64,000 nucleotides of DNA from Eledone cirrhosa (taxonomy: Eukaryota), in the NCBI GenBank assembly GCA_964016885.1, contig OZ024741.1:199826001-199890000 (forward strand), read 5' to 3'. Below are positions 60,480 to 64,000 of this stretch, piece by piece. Every line of letters begins with the position of its first letter. Positions within the stretch are counted from its first letter, which is position 1. The notes below the pieces were generated by a model, which saw only the letters and a program-made list of their open reading frames with translations, did not search any database and was not told where the DNA came from. Both the position numbers and the translations under genes were made by a program.

Positions 60480-63400
60480 AATCCGCAAGCTACCAAACAC
60501 CCATGCAAAGTTTTAATCCAGAGATAGGTTGCATACACGTCCCCCGCAAAAATTCCCCCCATCCCACGAGTTATGGCAAATGTCCAAAACTCCGAGTTGG
60601 AACCATCAATGTAAGCACAATGAAAGGAAGAGCAGGAGAAATTGTAGAGATGCTAGAGCGAAAGGAAATTGATGTATGCTGTGTGCAAGAGACTAGATGG
60701 AAAGGAGAGTCTGCTAGAGTCCTTGTAGGAAAAAGTCGGTGCTACAAATTTTTCTGGGTGGGAAATGACAACGGGGTGGGAGGGGTAGGTATACTATTAG
60801 CTGACAAGTGGGTTGATAAGGTAATCTCAGTGAACAGGGTGAATGCAAGAATCATCAAACTCAGACTAGTCCTGAATAAAACAATTGCCACAATAGTATC
60901 AGCTTTCGCACCCCAATCGGGGTTGCCAGACGAACTTAAGGATAGATTTTTACGAGTCCCTAATGCACACTACTGCCCTAACAAGCGACAATGACTTCCG
61001 CATCATTGCAGGAGATTTCAATGGACAAGTTGGTAAACACCGTGACAGCTTCTATAGAGACCATGAAGGCCACGGGTTTGGCATAAGAAATGAAGACAGC
61101 TTCAGGCTTCTGGAATTCTGCGATGCCAATGACATGTCGATATGTAACACAAACTTAAAAAACCCAACATACCTCCCAACATAACTTAGTTGTCAGCGAC
61201 CTCGCTGTCAAAACTAGACGAACTTGGAAACAGAAGGCAACCTGGAGAAGAAAGATCTGGAAGCTGAAAGACCCCTCAGTCAGAAGCAGGTTTAAAGATA
61301 TTCTACTCGACACCTATGACAGTAAAGAAGATAGAGACATTCAACGTAGAAGAGCACTGGGAGTTCCTAAAAAATAACTTACTAAAGGCGACGGACGAGA
61401 TCTGTGGTTGGAGCAAGACCACAGGCAGGAGGAGAGTGACTTGGTGGTGGAACAATAAGGTAGATGAGGCAGTTAAGGCTAAGAGACAGGCATGGAAAGA
61501 ATGGAAGAATGGAGGTAACAGGGTACATTGCATAGAGACCAGGAGGGAAGCTAGGCGACAAGTATACTTAGCTAGAAGGGAAGCAGAGGATAGAAAATTT
61601 AAGCATGTTTTGCATAGTGAGGACCAAAAACAGGTGTTCAAGATTGCGAGGCAGCGTGTCAGAGAGAATTGTGATGTCATTGGAGACAAGTGTATCCGGA
61701 ATGATAATGGTGAGCTTGCCCTCACAAGTGCCGAGAAGAAAGATACGTGGAAGAGGCATTATGAAAGATTACTAAACGAGGAGAATCATCATCATCATTT
61801 TACGTCCGCTTTTCCCTGCTTGCAAGGGTTGGACGGGTCCTATTCAGCACAGCATCTCTCCACAGAGAATGCATGGGAAAAAGAAACCCTACCCAAAGCG
61901 GACACTATAGAGGGGCCAGCAGTAGAAGTCAGCAGCAGCTTAGTAAGTAAGGCAATCAAAGATATGAAGACAGGGAAGGCAACCAGTCCATCAGGTATAG
62001 CTGCCGAGATGCTGAAGGCATCTGGGTCGGTAGGTCACACCTTAACCACACGAATTGTTAACCAGGTAATACTAGAGGGTATCATACCAAAGGATTGGTG
62101 CAGCAGCATCATTATCAACTGCTACAAAGGTAGAGGTGATGCAGTAGATAGAGGAAACTATAGAGGTATAAAGCTGATGGACCAGGTCATGAAAGTAACG
62201 GAAAGAGTTATAGCACAGTTGATTAGGGACCGGGTGAAACTAGATGAGATGCAATTTGGGTTTGTACCAGGAAAAGGCACCACTGATGCCCTCTTCCTTG
62301 TGCGGCAGTTAAAGGAAAAGTACCTAGCTAAAAGTAATCCGCTCTAACAGGCATTCGTCGATCTGGAAAAAGCCTTCGACAGAGTTCCCCGTGCTATAAT
62401 CTGGTGGGCTCTTAGAAAATTAGGAGTAGATGAATGGCTTGTGAAAGCTGTACAAGCCATGTATAGAGGAGCAGTAAGCAAAGTTAGAGTTAGCAAGGAC
62501 TATAGCGAGGAATTTAGCATACAGGTCAGTGTCCACCAGCGCTCTGTTCTTAGCCCTCTCCTGTTCATTATAGTTATGCAGGCAATAACGGAGGAGTTTA
62601 AGACCGGATGCCCATGGGAATTCCTGTATGCGGATGATCTCGCACTTATAGCTGAATCCATGGTGGAAATAGAGAAGAAATTCCAAACTTGGAAGCAGGG
62701 ACTAGAAAGAAGGGGCCTCAGAGTCAACCTGACAAAGACTAAGGTTCTTGTAAGTGGATGAGAAAACAGAACCCAGATTCCCCCAGGGAAATGGCCTTGC
62801 TCAGTATGTAGGAAAGGTGTAGGTAGGAACTCCATTCTCTGCCCCAAATGCAAACAGTGGGTACACAAGAGATGTAGTGGGATCTCAGGAAGTTTAACTA
62901 AGAATGTAGGCTTCATATGTAGCAGCTGTGCTGGGACAGCGACCACAGGAAACAAACACCACCAAACTCGGGGAGGGCTCTGTAGAAACAGTAAACAGCT
63001 TCTGCTACCTAGGTGACTGAATTAGCAGCGGAGGTGGGTGTTTGGAAAGTACAATAACGGGATGGAAGAAGTTCAGGGAGCTACTGCCACTGCTAGCTGC
63101 AAAAGGCTTTTCCCTCAAAATGAAAGGCAGACTGTATGATGCGTGTATACGAACAGCAATGTTACATGGAAGTGAAACATGGGCGCTGTCTGTAGAAGAA
63201 TTGCGCAGATTAGAAAGAAACGAAGCTTGTATGCTCCGATGGATGTGTAATAGTAATATACGCGAACAGCAAAGCATAAACGAATTGAGAGAGAGACTGA
63301 GCATAAGAGGAATCAAATGCTGTGTAGAGGAGAGGTGGTTACGTTGGTATGGACATGTGATGCGTATGAAGGATGATAGCTGCATAAAAAGGTGCAGAGG

Positions 63401-63790
63401 ACTAGAAGTCGATGGAAGCCGCGGAGTGGGGAAACCCAAGAAGACCTGGGATGAGGTGATAAAGGCCGACCTTACCTAATTGCACCTCTCAAGAACAATG
63501 ACACACGACCGTGACCTCTGGCATCACGCAGTAATACAGAAGACCTGACCCCCCACAGGAACAAGCCGAAGCTGAATCATATAGACAATATGCCCCCACT
63601 GCAAAGTGGAGGTGCCACAGAAAAAAAGCACCCAGCACTCACTGTAAATGAGGTTGGTGTTAGGAAGGGCATCCAGCTGTAGAAATCAAGCCAAAATCAG
63701 CTCCTGTATGAGCAAGACAAGGTCAGCCAACTGGACACTGCTCAAAACAGGACAACCCGTTTAACACATGCTAGCGTGGAAGAAGGGACA
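60480..63790 (+). mobile_element. RTE-clade LINE, near full length, decayed (same PHD-bearing group as 795-3810)
   Basis: LRVGTINVSTM, VCCVQETRW, AGDFNG, NYRGIKLMDQ, FLYADDLAL, WPCSVCRKG, AMLHGSETW, LRWYGHV, 3'UTR and (TGA)n tail. Confidence 0.93.
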
Positions 63791-63922
63791 TAAAACAGTG
63801 ATGATGATAAATCCCGCTGAGGTTAACTTTGCCTTTCATCCTTACGGAGTCGATAAAATAAAGTACCAGTAATGCACTGAGATAATTGCTGGCCTTGTGC
63901 CAATAGTAGAAACAATTATTAT
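63790..63922 (+). mobile_element. SINE 3' half (family of 17748-17940)
   Basis: aatcccgctgaggttaactttgcctttcatccttacggagtcgataaaataaagtaccag...gtagaaacaattatt. Confidence 0.82.
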
Positions 63923-64000
63923 AGGCTATTAAAACAATCACATATTACCAAATCAGTATATTTTAGTACAAAAACTGTGTATGCACTGCATTAAAATCTA

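Noticed and set aside
1-64000. Prokaryotic systems (operons, retrons, DGRs, defence islands)
   Set aside because: All RT fragments carry eukaryotic non-LTR or Penelope signatures, and the host gene has spliceosomal introns.

Overview
Eukaryotic, AT-rich and very repeat-dense genomic DNA, full of (TA)n, (CA)n, (GA)n and (TGA)n microsatellites. The repeat families resemble those of octopod cephalopods; this taxon call is inference. One host gene is recognisable: a minus-strand carboxypeptidase Q (CPQ/PGCP, M28 metallopeptidase). I reconstructed ten GT-AG exons (996 coding nt) spread over 3826-48785. They join in frame and retain the H, D, EE and D metal/catalytic motifs. The start/signal-peptide exon is not securely identified, and the C-terminal exons lie left of the window. 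Introns and upstream DNA hold decayed mobile elements: RTE-clade LINEs (one family with a PHD-like zinc finger inside ORF2, one copy with a twin-priming-type 5' inversion), two tandem R4/Dong-like LINEs, a Tx1-like LINE, Penelope-like elements, DD37D and mariner transposons, non-autonomous Helitrons, TTAA MITEs and tRNA-derived SINEs. The most notable signal is a set of non-coding repeats carrying type I hammerhead ribozyme motifs from several distinct families. These include a 626-nt unit with a 119-bp terminal redundancy and an intact hammerhead (10591-11335), and an intact-core hammerhead in the CPQ sense orientation (9302-9367). Together they look like a retrozyme-type circular-RNA retroelement system. 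Most listed ORFs are microsatellite or antisense artefacts.
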